From Candidatus Microgenomates bacterium (GTDB lineage: Bacteria > Patescibacteriota > Microgenomatia > JAADGY01), in NCBI GenBank assembly GCA_015486555.1, contig WFRL01000058.1:1-37155 (forward strand): 37,155 nucleotides of DNA, given 5' to 3'. How positions within the stretch are numbered: the first letter of the stretch is position 1; each line of letters starts with the position of its first letter. Positions 1-9,300 of the stretch are shown one piece after another. The notes under the pieces were generated by a model. It did no database searches. It worked only from the letters and a program-made list of their open reading frames with translations, and was not told the DNA's origin. A program made the translations under genes and the position numbers.

Positions 1-15
1 AACCTTCTTTTTCGC

Positions 16-249
16 GTCATTCTGAACGAATGTGAAGAATCTAGCGTTAGCGCAAGGATTGTGGCACTCAAGTTTCTTTTCATTTCCTACCCCAAGGTTA
101 ATTGAGTGTTTTTTCTTTAACCCAGTTCCTCTAACCTAGCTCCTAGTTCCAATTACTAAGTTCCAAGCTCCAAGTTCTAAGTTCTGATTCCTGCGCTCGC
201 TTCCGCTCGCTAGATCCTTCACTTCGCCTAGCGGCTCGTTCAGGATGAC
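16..249. repeat. REP/REPIN-like inverted doublet, copy 1 (long-spacer type, contains heptamer tract)
   Basis: Left arm GTCATTCTGAACGAATGTGAAGAATCTAGC (16-45) and inverted right arm GCTAGATCCTTCACTTCGCCTAGCGGCTCGTTCAGGATGAC (209-249). Confidence 0.85.
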
Positions 250-281
250 ACGAAGAGGAGGAAAGTACAACCTTCTCTCGA

Positions 282-414
282 GTCATTCTGACCCTCCGGG
301 ACGGAGGGAAGAATCTAGCCGAAGGCGCATGGGTGTGTTCCTAAGCCTGAGTGCCAATTCCTGCGCTCGCTTCCGCTCGCTAGATCCTTCGTCGCTCTAG
401 CTCCTCAGGATGAC
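282..414. repeat. REP/REPIN-like inverted doublet, copy 2
   Basis: GTCATTCTGACCCTCCGGGACGGAGGGAAGAATCTAGC ... GCTAGATCCTTCGTCGCTCTAGCTCCTCAGGATGAC; flanks 263-279 and 417-433 are also complementary. Confidence 0.85.
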
Positions 415-466
415 CTGAGAGGAGGTTGTACTTCACCTCTTGGAGTGAGCTGTTTCCCCTTTCTCT

Positions 467-597
467 GTCATCCTGAACGAGCCGACAGGCAAAGTGAAGA
501 ATCTAGCCGATAGGCGCACGAGAATCAACTCAAACCTGAGTGCCAATTCTTTGCGCTTCACTAGATCTTCCCCTCACCGAAGGGGGGTCGGAATGAC
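467..597. repeat. REP/REPIN-like inverted doublet, copy 3 (more diverged)
   Basis: GTCATCCTGAACGAGCCGACAGGCAAAGTGAAGAATCTAGC ... CTAGATCTTCCCCTCACCGAAGGGGGGTCGGAATGAC. Confidence 0.8.
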
Positions 598-624
598 TTG
601 TAAACAGCGAGGGAAAACTATCAC

Positions 625-653
625 TTGACAAAACTTGATTGAATCCATAAAAT
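625..653 (+). promoter_or_regulatory. sigma70-type promoter of groES-groEL
   Basis: TTGACA (625-630), 17-nt spacer, TAAAAT (648-653). Confidence 0.8.
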
Positions 654-678
654 AGCAGTTGAAGCTTGAGTTTGCTAA
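652..678 (+). promoter_or_regulatory. Degenerate CIRCE (HrcA operator)
   Basis: ATAGCAGTT-N9-GTTTGCTAA vs consensus TTAGCACTC-N9-GAGTGCTAA (13/18 matches, correct 9-nt spacer), over the predicted TSS of groES. Confidence 0.6.
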
Positions 679-712
679 TTTAAGGTTATAAAATTCCTAA
701 GGGAGGATATTT

Positions 713-1000
713 ATGGCAGGATTACACATAAAGCCAAGCAGTAATTATGTTTTAATTGAACCTATTGAAGGAGAAAAGAAAACAGCTTCAGGAATTGTCT
801 TGCCAGATTCAGTAGAAAAGAAACCACAGTTAGGGAAGGTTTTAGCTGTAGGAACAAGTAGCGAGAAAAGTGAGAATCCACCCTCTAAGGTAGGGCAAAC
901 TATTATTTATCGCAAATGGGGTGGAGAGGAATTTGAGTACAAGACCAAAAAATATCTTTTTGTTAAGTTTGAAGATGTTCTAGGTGTTCTAGAAAAGTAA
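713..1000 (+). CDS. groES: Co-chaperonin GroES
   Basis: IKP..NYVLIE, KTASGIVLPD, GKVLAVG motifs; SD GGAGG; directly upstream of groEL. Confidence 0.97.
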   Translation: MAGLHIKPSSNYVLIEPIEGEKKTASGIVLPDSVEKKPQLGKVLAVGTSSEKSENPPSKVGQTIIYRKWGGEEFEYKTKKYLFVKFEDVLGVLEK

Positions 1001-1030
1001 TTAATTAATAAAGTTGTAGAAGGAGGAGAT

Positions 1031-2668
1031 ATGGCTAAACAATTAAAAACAGGCTATGAGGCCAGACAGGCTTTATTGGCAGGTATTAACCAATTGGCTC
1101 AAGCGGTTACCGTGACTATGGGGCCCCGGGGCCGAAATGTAGCTTTAGAGAGAAAATGGGGTGGACCTAGAGTAGTCCATGATGGAGTGACTGTTGCTAA
1201 GGAAATAGAACTAGCTGACCCTTTTGAAAATATGGGGGCCCAGCTAATTAAAGAAGCGGCCTCAAAAACTAATGATGTTGCTGGCGATGGGACTACCACA
1301 GCTACCCTTTTAACTCAAATTATTGCTCAAAACGGTGTTAAAGCAATTACTGCTGGGGCTAATCCTATGTTACTAGTTAAGGGACTCCAAGCTGCTGCGG
1401 ACAAGGTAGTAATGGAACTATTAAGTAAGAAAAAAGAAGTCAAAACAGATGAAGAAATTGCTCAGGTGGCTACTATCTCTTCTGGTGATGCGAGAATTGG
1501 CGATAAAATTGCCGAGGCTCTGAAAAAGGTCGGTAGTAATGGAGTAGTTACTGTTGAGGAATCGAAGGGGTTAGATTTGGAGATTAAGTACAAAAAAGGG
1601 ATGGAGTTTGACCGTGGTTGGGTTTCTCCATATTTTGTTACTAATCCCGACCGAATGGAAGCAGTTATCGAGGATGCTCATATTCTTATTACCGATCAAA
1701 AAATATCGGCAGTTAATGACCTGTTACCTTTTTTAGAAAAGGTAATAAAAGTGAGCAAAAATATTGTTATCATCGCTGATGAGATTGAAGGAGAGGCTCT
1801 AGCTACCTTAGTAGTTAACAAACTCCGAGGCACCTTTAACATCGTTGCGGTTAAGGCACCTGGCTTTGGTGATCGACGGAAGGAAATGCTTCAAGATATA
1901 GCTGTTCTGACTGGAGGGACAGTTATTTCTGAGGACACTGGCCGCAAACTTGACTCCGTTGAGGTTGAGGATCTTGGCCGAGCCGATCGAGTTGAAGTAG
2001 ATAAAGAAGATACCCGAATTATCGGCGGAAAGGGTGAAAAAACAGCTATAGAGGCTCGGGTTAAGCAGATTAAAACAGCTATGGCCGAAACAACTTCTGA
2101 TTTTGATCGTGAGAAATTAGAGGAGCGACTGGCTAAATTAGCTGGGGGGGTAGCTGTTATCCAGGTTGGTGCGGCCACTGAAGTGGAGTTAAAGGAGCTT
2201 CAGGAAAGAGTAAAGGACGCTGTTGAGGCAACTAAGGCAGCTGTTGATGAAGGCATGGTTCCTGGAGGTGGAGTAACTTTACTCCGTGTTCGGGAGGTAA
2301 TAAAAGGGATGAAGTTTGAAACTAATGATGAGAAGTATGGAGGTGATATTCTTTACCAAGCTCTAGCAGCGCCAATTAAGAAATTGGCTTTTAATGCTGG
2401 AGTTGAGCCTGGTGAGGCAGTTAGTAAAGTAATAGCTGGCGAGAAGGAACATGGTTGGGATTATGGTTTCAACACCTTAACTTTAGAGTACGGTTCACTC
2501 TACAAAATGGGGGTGATTGATCCAGTTAAGGTTACTCGCCAAGCTTTAATCAACGCTGTCTCGGTGGCTAAAATGGTCCTGACCACTGAGGTCTTGGTAG
2601 CTGACATACCTGAAAAGGAAAAAGAAACTCCCCCAGCTGCTAACCCCGGAATGGGCGGAATGATGTAA
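1031..2668 (+). CDS. groEL: Chaperonin GroEL
   Basis: [31 protein letters not shown]-type C-terminus; 545 aa; SD AGGAGG. Confidence 0.99.
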   Translation: MAKQLKTGYEARQALLAGINQLAQAVTVTMGPRGRNVALERKWGGPRVVHDGVTVAKEIELADPFENMGAQLIKEAASKTNDVAGDGTTTATLLTQIIAQNGVKAITAGANPMLLVKGLQAAADKVVMELLSKKKEVKTDEEIAQVATISSGDARIGDKIAEALKKVGSNGVVTVEESKGLDLEIKYKKGMEFDRGWVSPYFVTNPDRMEAVIEDAHILITDQKISAVNDLLPFLEKVIKVSKNIVIIADEIEGEALATLVVNKLRGTFNIVAVKAPGFGDRRKEMLQDIAVLTGGTVISEDTGRKLDSVEVEDLGRADRVEVDKEDTRIIGGKGEKTAIEARVKQIKTAMAETTSDFDREKLEERLAKLAGGVAVIQVGAATEVELKELQERVKDAVEATKAAVDEGMVPGGGVTLLRVREVIKGMKFETNDEKYGGDILYQALAAPIKKLAFNAGVEPGEAVSKVIAGEKEHGWDYGFNTLTLEYGSLYKMGVIDPVKVTRQALINAVSVAKMVLTTEVLVADIPEKEKETPPAANPGMGGMM

Positions 2669-2678
2669 AAAAAATAGC

Positions 2679-2713
2679 ACCCCACCCTTTCTCAAAAAGG
2701 GTGGGGTCTTTTG
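2679..2713 (+). terminator. Rho-independent terminator after groEL (possibly bidirectional)
   Basis: Perfect 12-bp stem ACCCCACCCTTT/AAAGGGTGGGGT, 5-nt loop, T-run downstream and A-run upstream. Confidence 0.85.
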
Positions 2714-2981
2714 TATTGAGGAAGTAATTGATCAACCAACTGGCGGAAAATAGTGATAGGCTTTTTATTTTTAAGGAGAAGGTAAGGGTTTCTCTTTGTT
2801 GGATGAATAAGCTGAGGGTCTTTAAGAAGCTCTTTTTGGTTCCTGAAATAAAGATTAATTAAAGATTATGGGAGTGACTGAGGGTCAATTAGTTGATAAA
2901 ACTGCCGTCGCCTCAGCTAGGCTAAGGTGACCTTCATCAGCAGTGAAGATAAGGGCTTGAATTTTTTTTATCTCTTCTCAT
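2692..2981 (-). pseudogene. Possible deleted and frameshifted remnant of a GT-B (MGDG synthase/UgtP-like) glycosyltransferase
   Basis: ATG at 2981, +1 shift in an A8 run, then IQALIFTADEGHLSLAEA (resembles the GT28-type N-terminal GH motif); a further frame gives KELLKDPQL..TIFRQLVDQLL, resembling a GT-B C-terminal helix. Confidence 0.35.
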
Positions 2982-3270
2982 CCTTTCGGAGCTTCTTTAA
3001 CTTCCACATAAAAAGACGGGCTTTGCTCTTAGCATTTTCAGCGTCACGAACAAAGGACCGTGCCTTTTCTAAAAGGTGGCGAGGGAGAGTCTTGGCTAGG
3101 CGGATGTAAAGACTTCGATGAGACCAATCATTAAGTTCATCAGCTAGTTCTAAACCGTAAAGTTGAAACTCTCGGGTTACTTGTTTACTTTTCCCTGGCT
3201 GATAACGAGAGAGAAGTTGGCGGAGACTGGTAAACCTTCCTAAATAAGGGGTTTTAGTTACTTTCGGCAC
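2968..3270 (-). CDS. Hypothetical small basic helical protein
   Basis: 100-aa ORF with GTG start immediately after the upstream stop codon; protein-like composition. Confidence 0.75.
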   Translation of the reverse strand: MPKVTKTPYLGRFTSLRQLLSRYQPGKSKQVTREFQLYGLELADELNDWSHRSLYIRLAKTLPRHLLEKARSFVRDAENAKSKARLFMWKLKKLRKDEKR

Positions 3271-3819
3271 TTAGATAAAAAGTAAATTGAGTAAACCAGC
3301 AGTAAGGAGCCAACCAATGAGAGAATAATGGAGTTGATTTTGAGCTGGCCGGTGGCGGAGAAAAATGAAAAAGTGTGGTGGGTAACCTTTCTTAAGGTAA
3401 GAAGCAACTTTGGTCATAAGACGGTAGTTAAAACCACTAATAAGACCGATAGTTAAGCTCCAGTTAGGGAAGGTAAGGGGGAAAAAAAGAATACCTAGCC
3501 AAATGAGAAGAAAAAAAAGACTTTCGAAAGGGTTGTAAAAAGAACGATCAGACCAGTTTTCTTGCCAACTGAGAATTAACCACTTCTTGAGTTCAGTCAA
3601 ACTTGTTGGCTTGAGTTGAGGAGAGTCGATTATTCCCCTAATAAGATATTGAAGATCCCAAAGCCAACTTCCTAAAATTATTCCCACTAAGAGGGCTAAT
3701 AAGGTTAAGATAGTTGAGGGTTGAAGAAAAGAATTGTTTAGGAGGAGTTTTAGGCTTTTTACAAACAGCACTCCTAAACTAAAAAGAGTAGTTCGTTTGA
3801 GTTGAGTAGCTGTAATCAT
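3271..3819 (-). CDS. Hypothetical integral membrane protein
   Basis: 182 aa with several hydrophobic segments; TAAAAT 8 nt before ATG. Confidence 0.75.
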   Translation of the reverse strand: MITATQLKRTTLFSLGVLFVKSLKLLLNNSFLQPSTILTLLALLVGIILGSWLWDLQYLIRGIIDSPQLKPTSLTELKKWLILSWQENWSDRSFYNPFESLFFLLIWLGILFFPLTFPNWSLTIGLISGFNYRLMTKVASYLKKGYPPHFFIFLRHRPAQNQLHYSLIGWLLTAGLLNLLFI

Positions 3820-3959
3820 CTCTCTTTATTTTAAACTATTGGAATACTATTTATCTTTCTCTATGGAGGATAAAGAACTTAAACTTAACTCGTTAAGGAG
3901 TTATCCCAGTCTGTCGGGATCTAGCGCAGCGCTGTGTTTTGGCTCTTTTCTCTCTTCAG

Positions 3960-4081
3960 GTCATTCTGAGCGGAGCGAAGAATCTAGCGAAGCGCAAATA
4001 CTTAGCTCCCAAACTTGAGTAGACACCCGTGCGCCTATCGGCTAGATCCTTCACTTCGCCTGACGGCTCGTTCAGGATGAC
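3960..4081. repeat. REP/REPIN-like inverted doublet, copy 4 (plus degenerate arm at 3900-3932)
   Basis: GTCATTCTGAGCGGAGCGAAGAATCTAGC ... GCTAGATCCTTCACTTCGCCTGACGGCTCGTTCAGGATGAC. Confidence 0.85.
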
Positions 4082-4256
4082 TTCAAGAGAAGAGATAATG
4101 TTCTGATCATTAGTTATTGGAATTTGGATATTGCCTGCCCCATAAAGAATGAAATTTCTTTCGGGGTTTGAAAATTGATCATTGATAATTGGTTATTTTA
4201 CTAAGTCCCGAGATCTGAGTTCTGAGATTTGGTTCCAATATGTTTATAATAAAACT

Positions 4257-4619
4257 ATGCCGGGCGTTGAAATGGAAAGAAAAGGAGAGAGAACTTCTCC
4301 ACCAAGTTTGGATGTAGCTGAAGAAAAAATTAAACAGATCGAAACCTGGCTTGACCAGTTAGAGAAGACTGTTGCCCAACAAGGTACTCCTTCCGATCAA
4401 GGGAATATACCCCAGCTCAGTGGCGACCAGAATACTCTACCACCTTCCCAGCCTCAGAAGCCAATTATTCTTCCTTTAACTAAGAAAGAAATAGAAGTTG
4501 GTTTGCACAAGCCTTTGAGTTCGGCTATTCGCTGGTTGGCTGAGTGGTCAATCCGGATGATAAAGATGTATCACAATCGAGTTCGTTATCCGGCTCCTGC
4601 TCGAGTCTACGCTACTTAA
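4257..4619 (+). CDS. Hypothetical protein (start revised to ATG 4257)
   Basis: TATAAT at 4245-4250, 6 nt before ATG 4257; P/Q-rich linker then helical C-terminus (PLTKKEIEVGLH..IRWLAEW). Confidence 0.7.
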   Translation: MPGVEMERKGERTSPPSLDVAEEKIKQIETWLDQLEKTVAQQGTPSDQGNIPQLSGDQNTLPPSQPQKPIILPLTKKEIEVGLHKPLSSAIRWLAEWSIRMIKMYHNRVRYPAPARVYAT

Positions 4620-4620
4620 A

Positions 4621-5268
4621 CTAGGGTTTGTTTTCCAGAATCCGCAAGCGGAGAGAGCGGATGATTGCTTGGAGGTCTTTAACTGCTTCATCTAATTTAC
4701 TATCTTGGTTGACAATAAGGTAATCAAACTCTTTGTACTGCTTAGTTTCCCAAACAGCCATATTTAAATTCCAGTTCTGCCAGCCAGCTTCACTTCCCCG
4801 TTTAATGAGCCTTTTTTGGAGAACATCAAGAGAGATAGCAGTGATAAAAACCAAGGCGGTGTAAGGAAAGAGGGTTTTAATTTTATCTTTGATATTCTTA
4901 ACTCCCCGGACGTCAATCCGCCAAATAATATCCTTCCCCAAGGCTAATGTTTCCTCAAGGTGTTTTTTTTGGCCGCCGTAGAGATTGCCTCGATACTCAA
5001 CCCATTCAATAAAAGCATCCTTAGCGATTAATTGTTCAAACTCCTCTCGCGAGATGAAGTAATAATCCCGACCATGAATCTCACCTGGCCGTTTGGGCCG
5101 GGAGGTAGTGGTAACCATATGGACGACATTCTTATCTCTCTTAATAACCTCGTTCATAATAGTGTCTTTTCCAGCTCCAGAAGGCCCGGAAATAATTACT
5201 AGAACCCCACGTTGGAGTTGGGTCTTTATTTCCTTCTTTAAATCAAGGTTTAATTTAGCTGCTTTCAT
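4621..5268 (-). CDS. gmk: Guanylate kinase
   Basis: P-loop SGPSGAGKDT, TTTSRPKRPGEIHGRDYYF, FIEW..Y.GNLYG. Confidence 0.95.
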   Translation of the reverse strand: MKAAKLNLDLKKEIKTQLQRGVLVIISGPSGAGKDTIMNEVIKRDKNVVHMVTTTSRPKRPGEIHGRDYYFISREEFEQLIAKDAFIEWVEYRGNLYGGQKKHLEETLALGKDIIWRIDVRGVKNIKDKIKTLFPYTALVFITAISLDVLQKRLIKRGSEAGWQNWNLNMAVWETKQYKEFDYLIVNQDSKLDEAVKDLQAIIRSLRLRILENKP

Positions 5269-5762
5269 AAACTAAGTTTATAACCAATTTGGCGCAAGAA
5301 CTTTTTTCTCTTCTTTTTTCCTTCCTCCTTCTCGATTCCCCGAGGAATTCCTCCATCGACAACTCCAAGGATAGCTCGGCCCTGGTTTGTCTGGCCAACT
5401 ATTATCTCAACAGGATTAGCAGTAGCGCAGTGGAAAGTTACTATCTCAGGCACTGAACGGAGGTGGGGAAGAATATTTATTGGATAGGCGTTAGCTAAAA
5501 AGATAAGTAAGCTGTGGCCTACCCCTAGCCGCTTTCCGTTTTCCACAGCCAGCTTAATCATTGCTGCGTCAGTTCCTTCGAAACGAATCTCTCGTGGACC
5601 GGAAGCTTCCAAAAAAGCCAATCCAAACTTAATGTTAGGAACAGCAGTTACTAAAGCTTCGTAGACATCCTCAACTGTCTTGATGAAGTGGCTGGTGGCC
5701 AAGATGAAGTTAACTTCTTCAGGTTTTTTTATCTGAACTGCCTCTACTTTTACTTCCGCCAT
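5265..5762 (-). CDS. Adenosine-specific kinase family (DUF355/PAE2307-like) protein
   Basis: SHFIKTVEDVYEAL, FGLAFLEASGP, HCATANPVE, GRAILGVVDG; ATG 5762 preceded by TGcTAAAAT. Confidence 0.85.
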   Translation of the reverse strand: MAEVKVEAVQIKKPEEVNFILATSHFIKTVEDVYEALVTAVPNIKFGLAFLEASGPREIRFEGTDAAMIKLAVENGKRLGVGHSLLIFLANAYPINILPHLRSVPEIVTFHCATANPVEIIVGQTNQGRAILGVVDGGIPRGIEKEEGKKKRKKFLRQIGYKLSL

Positions 5763-5788
5763 ACTCAATTTTAGCAAAGAGGTGGTAA

Positions 5789-6376
5789 TTATTCTACCCA
5801 GTCTACTTTTAACTCAGCTCTTATGCTAGGAGGAAGGGTAGCTAACCATTTTTTGACTAGGAGTTTAGCCTTATCCGGCTGGCGGTAGATGTAGATGGCG
5901 ATGTATTTTTCGTTGTAATAGCGCACTCCATAGTAACTATTTGGTTTAGGCAGGTGTTGGAGAAGGTATTTTCGTTGGAGTTTTGTTTTCAAAGCCTCCT
6001 CAAATTGAGGCGAGTAACTGCCTACTCCTATCTCATTTGCTGGGGTGTTTACCTGCCATTCTTTTAGTAGTTTGTTTTTGTAATAAATCTTGAAGGTGTA
6101 AATTGTCTTTAAACGAGGAAGCTGTCTTACTTGCCAGGTAAATGTCTTTTCATTAAGGGTGTTAAGTTGGGTTTTTAAAAAGGGTTCTATAACCAGCCTA
6201 ATTTTCTCCCTTATTACCTTTTTGGAGAAGCTGACCTTAATGGTTGAGAAGTAGTTCTCTTCTTTTGGGGAGTAATTGACTACCTTTGGCGGCTGGTTAA
6301 GAAAGATAGTTGTCGCCCCGATAAGAATAGCCAGAAAACTAAGTCCAAGAATAATTTTTTTAGCTGTTACCTTCAT
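5789..6376 (-). CDS. Membrane-anchored protein with probable Ig-like domain
   Basis: N-terminal TM helix, then PPKVVNYSP..IKVSFSKKV..L..KTIYTFKI (Big_5-like pattern); ATGA overlap with upstream CHAP gene stop. Confidence 0.65.
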   Translation of the reverse strand: MKVTAKKIILGLSFLAILIGATTIFLNQPPKVVNYSPKEENYFSTIKVSFSKKVIREKIRLVIEPFLKTQLNTLNEKTFTWQVRQLPRLKTIYTFKIYYKNKLLKEWQVNTPANEIGVGSYSPQFEEALKTKLQRKYLLQHLPKPNSYYGVRYYNEKYIAIYIYRQPDKAKLLVKKWLATLPPSIRAELKVDWVE

Positions 6377-9300
6377 GGTTGGCAAGATAAATTATGTAAC
6401 CAACCGACTAATCTTAAACCTGGGAGGATACTCTTCCAGCCGCCATTGTTTTCTAAAGTGATAAAACGTTGGCTTACGTTGGCGCTAGCAAAAGTTAAGG
6501 TATTCAAGCCGAGTTGGGTGACTATCCCTACGTGGCCGTTTCCGCCACCTCCTTGAAAAACTAGGATATCTCCAAGAGAGGGTGTTTTCCCAGGTTGGTT
6601 AGGAATAGCCGAGAGAAAGTGAGAACAACTTTGGGGAGCATTTACCCACCAATCTCCTGCGTTACCAAAGGTTTTGTTGTCACAAAGGTTGTAAAGGCTC
6701 TGACCGTTGTAAAGGTGGCGGTAAACATCATTAACAAATTCGGTGCATTGGACGTAATGATTTTCTTTTTCTACCCAGTTGGCATCAGCCCGGATATAGT
6801 TTTTAAATGGTCCGTTCTCTCCTGTATTGCCACAATGATAGGAGTTAACGAAGTAGCCTAGGGCCGGGTTAGGATTGGCAGGGCAGTAACAATCGGCTAT
6901 TTGATTGTCGCTACAACGATAAAGTTGATTGACTAATTTCTCCGCTTCAGCAGCAATTTCTTGGCAGCCGATTAAGGGGGCTTGGCCGATAAGGGTGTTG
7001 AAGCCGGTTATCTTTTGGTATTTCTTTCCTTGATTATCCTGAATTGTTACTTGAAGAGTGTTAGCCAGGCGACTGTTTTTGTACTCAGGTTGGAGAGGGA
7101 ATTGGTAATCGACGATTTCCTCACTTCCGACTGTTAGGTCTTTGAAGTTTGAGGTTAGGTCATAGGTTAGGGTTTTAACCAGCCGGCCGCTAGGCAGTTG
7201 ACTGTCCTTGGTATAGATCTGGCTAACATCTTTAACGGCAACGATTTTTAAATCTTTACCTTCAGCCTTCATCTTAATTCGAAAAGTTAACTTAATCTTG
7301 TCCCTGGCGGCGGCATTGCTTAAGCGGGGGAAGGCACTCCTTTCATCTTTAAGGATATATTTTGAATTGACCTTATCTAAACGCAGGTTTTTATAAAGAG
7401 TAAGATATTGGGTTCCACCTGATTGATAATAGAGGTTACTTTTTAAAAAAGCAGTTGAGAGATAAGGATACCAAAAAAGAGAAGCGGCTACTAAGGCGGT
7501 TCCCCCAGGAATAACAGTTAAGGCTAGAGTAATTCCGGTAGTCGAAGTAGCAAAGGCAGTCATTGTTCCCCACAGGCTGCTGGCTAGGCTAGCTGCACTG
7601 CTTGCCAAAGTGCTTAAAGAACCAATAAGGTGCTCTAGTCCGAAACCAACGCCGAATCCGAGGAGAAAACCTACTGGGCCTCCTATAAAACCGCCTATTA
7701 AAAAACCGCCTATTAAACCAAAAAAGACAGCCAGAAGATGGCTGAGGATAAAGTTAATAATTAAGTAAAGCCAGCCGGCAATAAAAGTCAAAATTTCTTT
7801 CCACCAGCGGCGAAGGAAGGGGTAAAGATCTTTAATAAGAGCTAAAACAGCTAGAACTGTCCCCACCCCGCTGGCCAGGCCAGCCAGATCCAAGCCTAAC
7901 TTGCTTAAGACCTTAATGCTAAGTTGGCCAATTTTCTTTAGGCTCCAGATAAGGCCTTTTTTTAAGAGTTGCTTGGGATGAGTAATCAGCCAAAAACCCT
8001 TAAAGATGCGGCCAAACCGTTTTCCAGTTGGGCTGTTCTTAAATCTCTTCCACCAGGCGGCTAACTTCTTTCTAAGGGCTCTTATGCCTCGCCGTGGAGT
8101 TGCTACCACCCTTAAAAGGAAACCAGTAACTTTTTTGTGTCTGTATTTTCTTACTGTTCTGATAATCTTTAACCGAGCCTGGCGAACTCTTTTCCCTAGA
8201 AAACTTTTTCTCCATAACTTTCGAATCTTCCTCCTTACTTTCTTTCTGAGTGTCTTAGGATGAGCAACTGCCTCCACCCCTCCGAGGATTTTGTTAATTA
8301 TTGGCCAGTGGCGGCTGTTTATTACTTCCTGAACTACCCGGCTGTCTTGGACTTCTTTTTGAACATGGTTCAATCTAATACTTAGTTGGTAAGAAGGTAG
8401 GCTAAGGAGAGTAGTTAGCTTAAGGAGCGGTTGGCCGATGAGCCTGGTTTTTAATCGCTGGAACTTAAGATAACTCCGAGCCAGGAAAGGCAGTTTAACT
8501 TCTTTGAGAATGTCTTCATGATCCTTCCTCCATTTGAGCATTTCTTCAAACTGGTGGTGAAGCTTATTCCCTTCAGTAAGAGGCTTGCGAGTGGTAACAG
8601 TCTTGCCCAAAACCCGGATGGGGCTACCCTTTTTTAACCACTCGAACTCCTTTTCCACTTCTTCAGTTGGATGAAGCAGCCAGTCGTAGGCACTAAAGGG
8701 ATTTAGCCCCTTTTCAATTATTAGTTTCCGGTTGTTTTCCTTAGTAAAGAGAGACTTGAAAAGGTACTTTTTCCAGGCCCCCTTAGGCAGTCTAAACATC
8801 CGTTGGCTGGGCCGTTTAAAGATAACTCCGGTTGTGTCGATAATTTCTTTTACTTCCGGATGGGCTTGAACAAGAGGTGATTCTTGGAGAATTTTTTCCA
8901 AGGCGGAAGGAGCAATTAAAATTTTTTCGGCGGGCTTAACGTAGGTAATATAGTTAGCTGCTTGTTCAGCTAGGGTGTTTATTTCTTCCTCATGTTTGGC
9001 GGCATCTGGAATGGAAAGTTTAAGTTGGCGGCGGATAACATCTTTAGCTAAGTTCTTAAGATCGCTGCTATTAAGCGGTGCCTGGCGGCTAAAGGCAGCC
9101 AATCGGTTGACAGCTTCTAGATGATCACTTCTTTTTTCAGTTATCGAGAAGAGGCTCTTTTGTAAATCGTTTTCTAGGTCCACCGGGTGCTTTTTTAGAG
9201 AGGCTCGGAGGTCCAGCCAGCTCTGCCTAAAAATCTTGTCTTGAACATCCTCAGAAAGAAGGAGATTATCGATAATTTTTTGGGAAACTAAACTGGCTAA

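Noticed and set aside
16..597. CRISPR array interpretation of the three adjacent repeat units
   Set aside because: Units are inverted pairs of variable length with similar, not unique, interiors; there is no constant direct repeat/spacer period and no cas genes.
1099..2685. Short antisense or alternate-frame ORFs inside groEL (and likewise inside the CHAP, 1249-aa, valS, SPFH and terC genes)
   Set aside because: Shadow ORFs of well-supported genes with no independent motifs or start signals.
4182..4256. N-terminal extensions in the ORF track for 4182..4619, 24015..24362 and 25743..26474
   Set aside because: They run through repeat tracts or the upstream gene from TTG starts; downstream ATGs (4257, 24275/24272, 25866) have better promoter, SD or coupling support.
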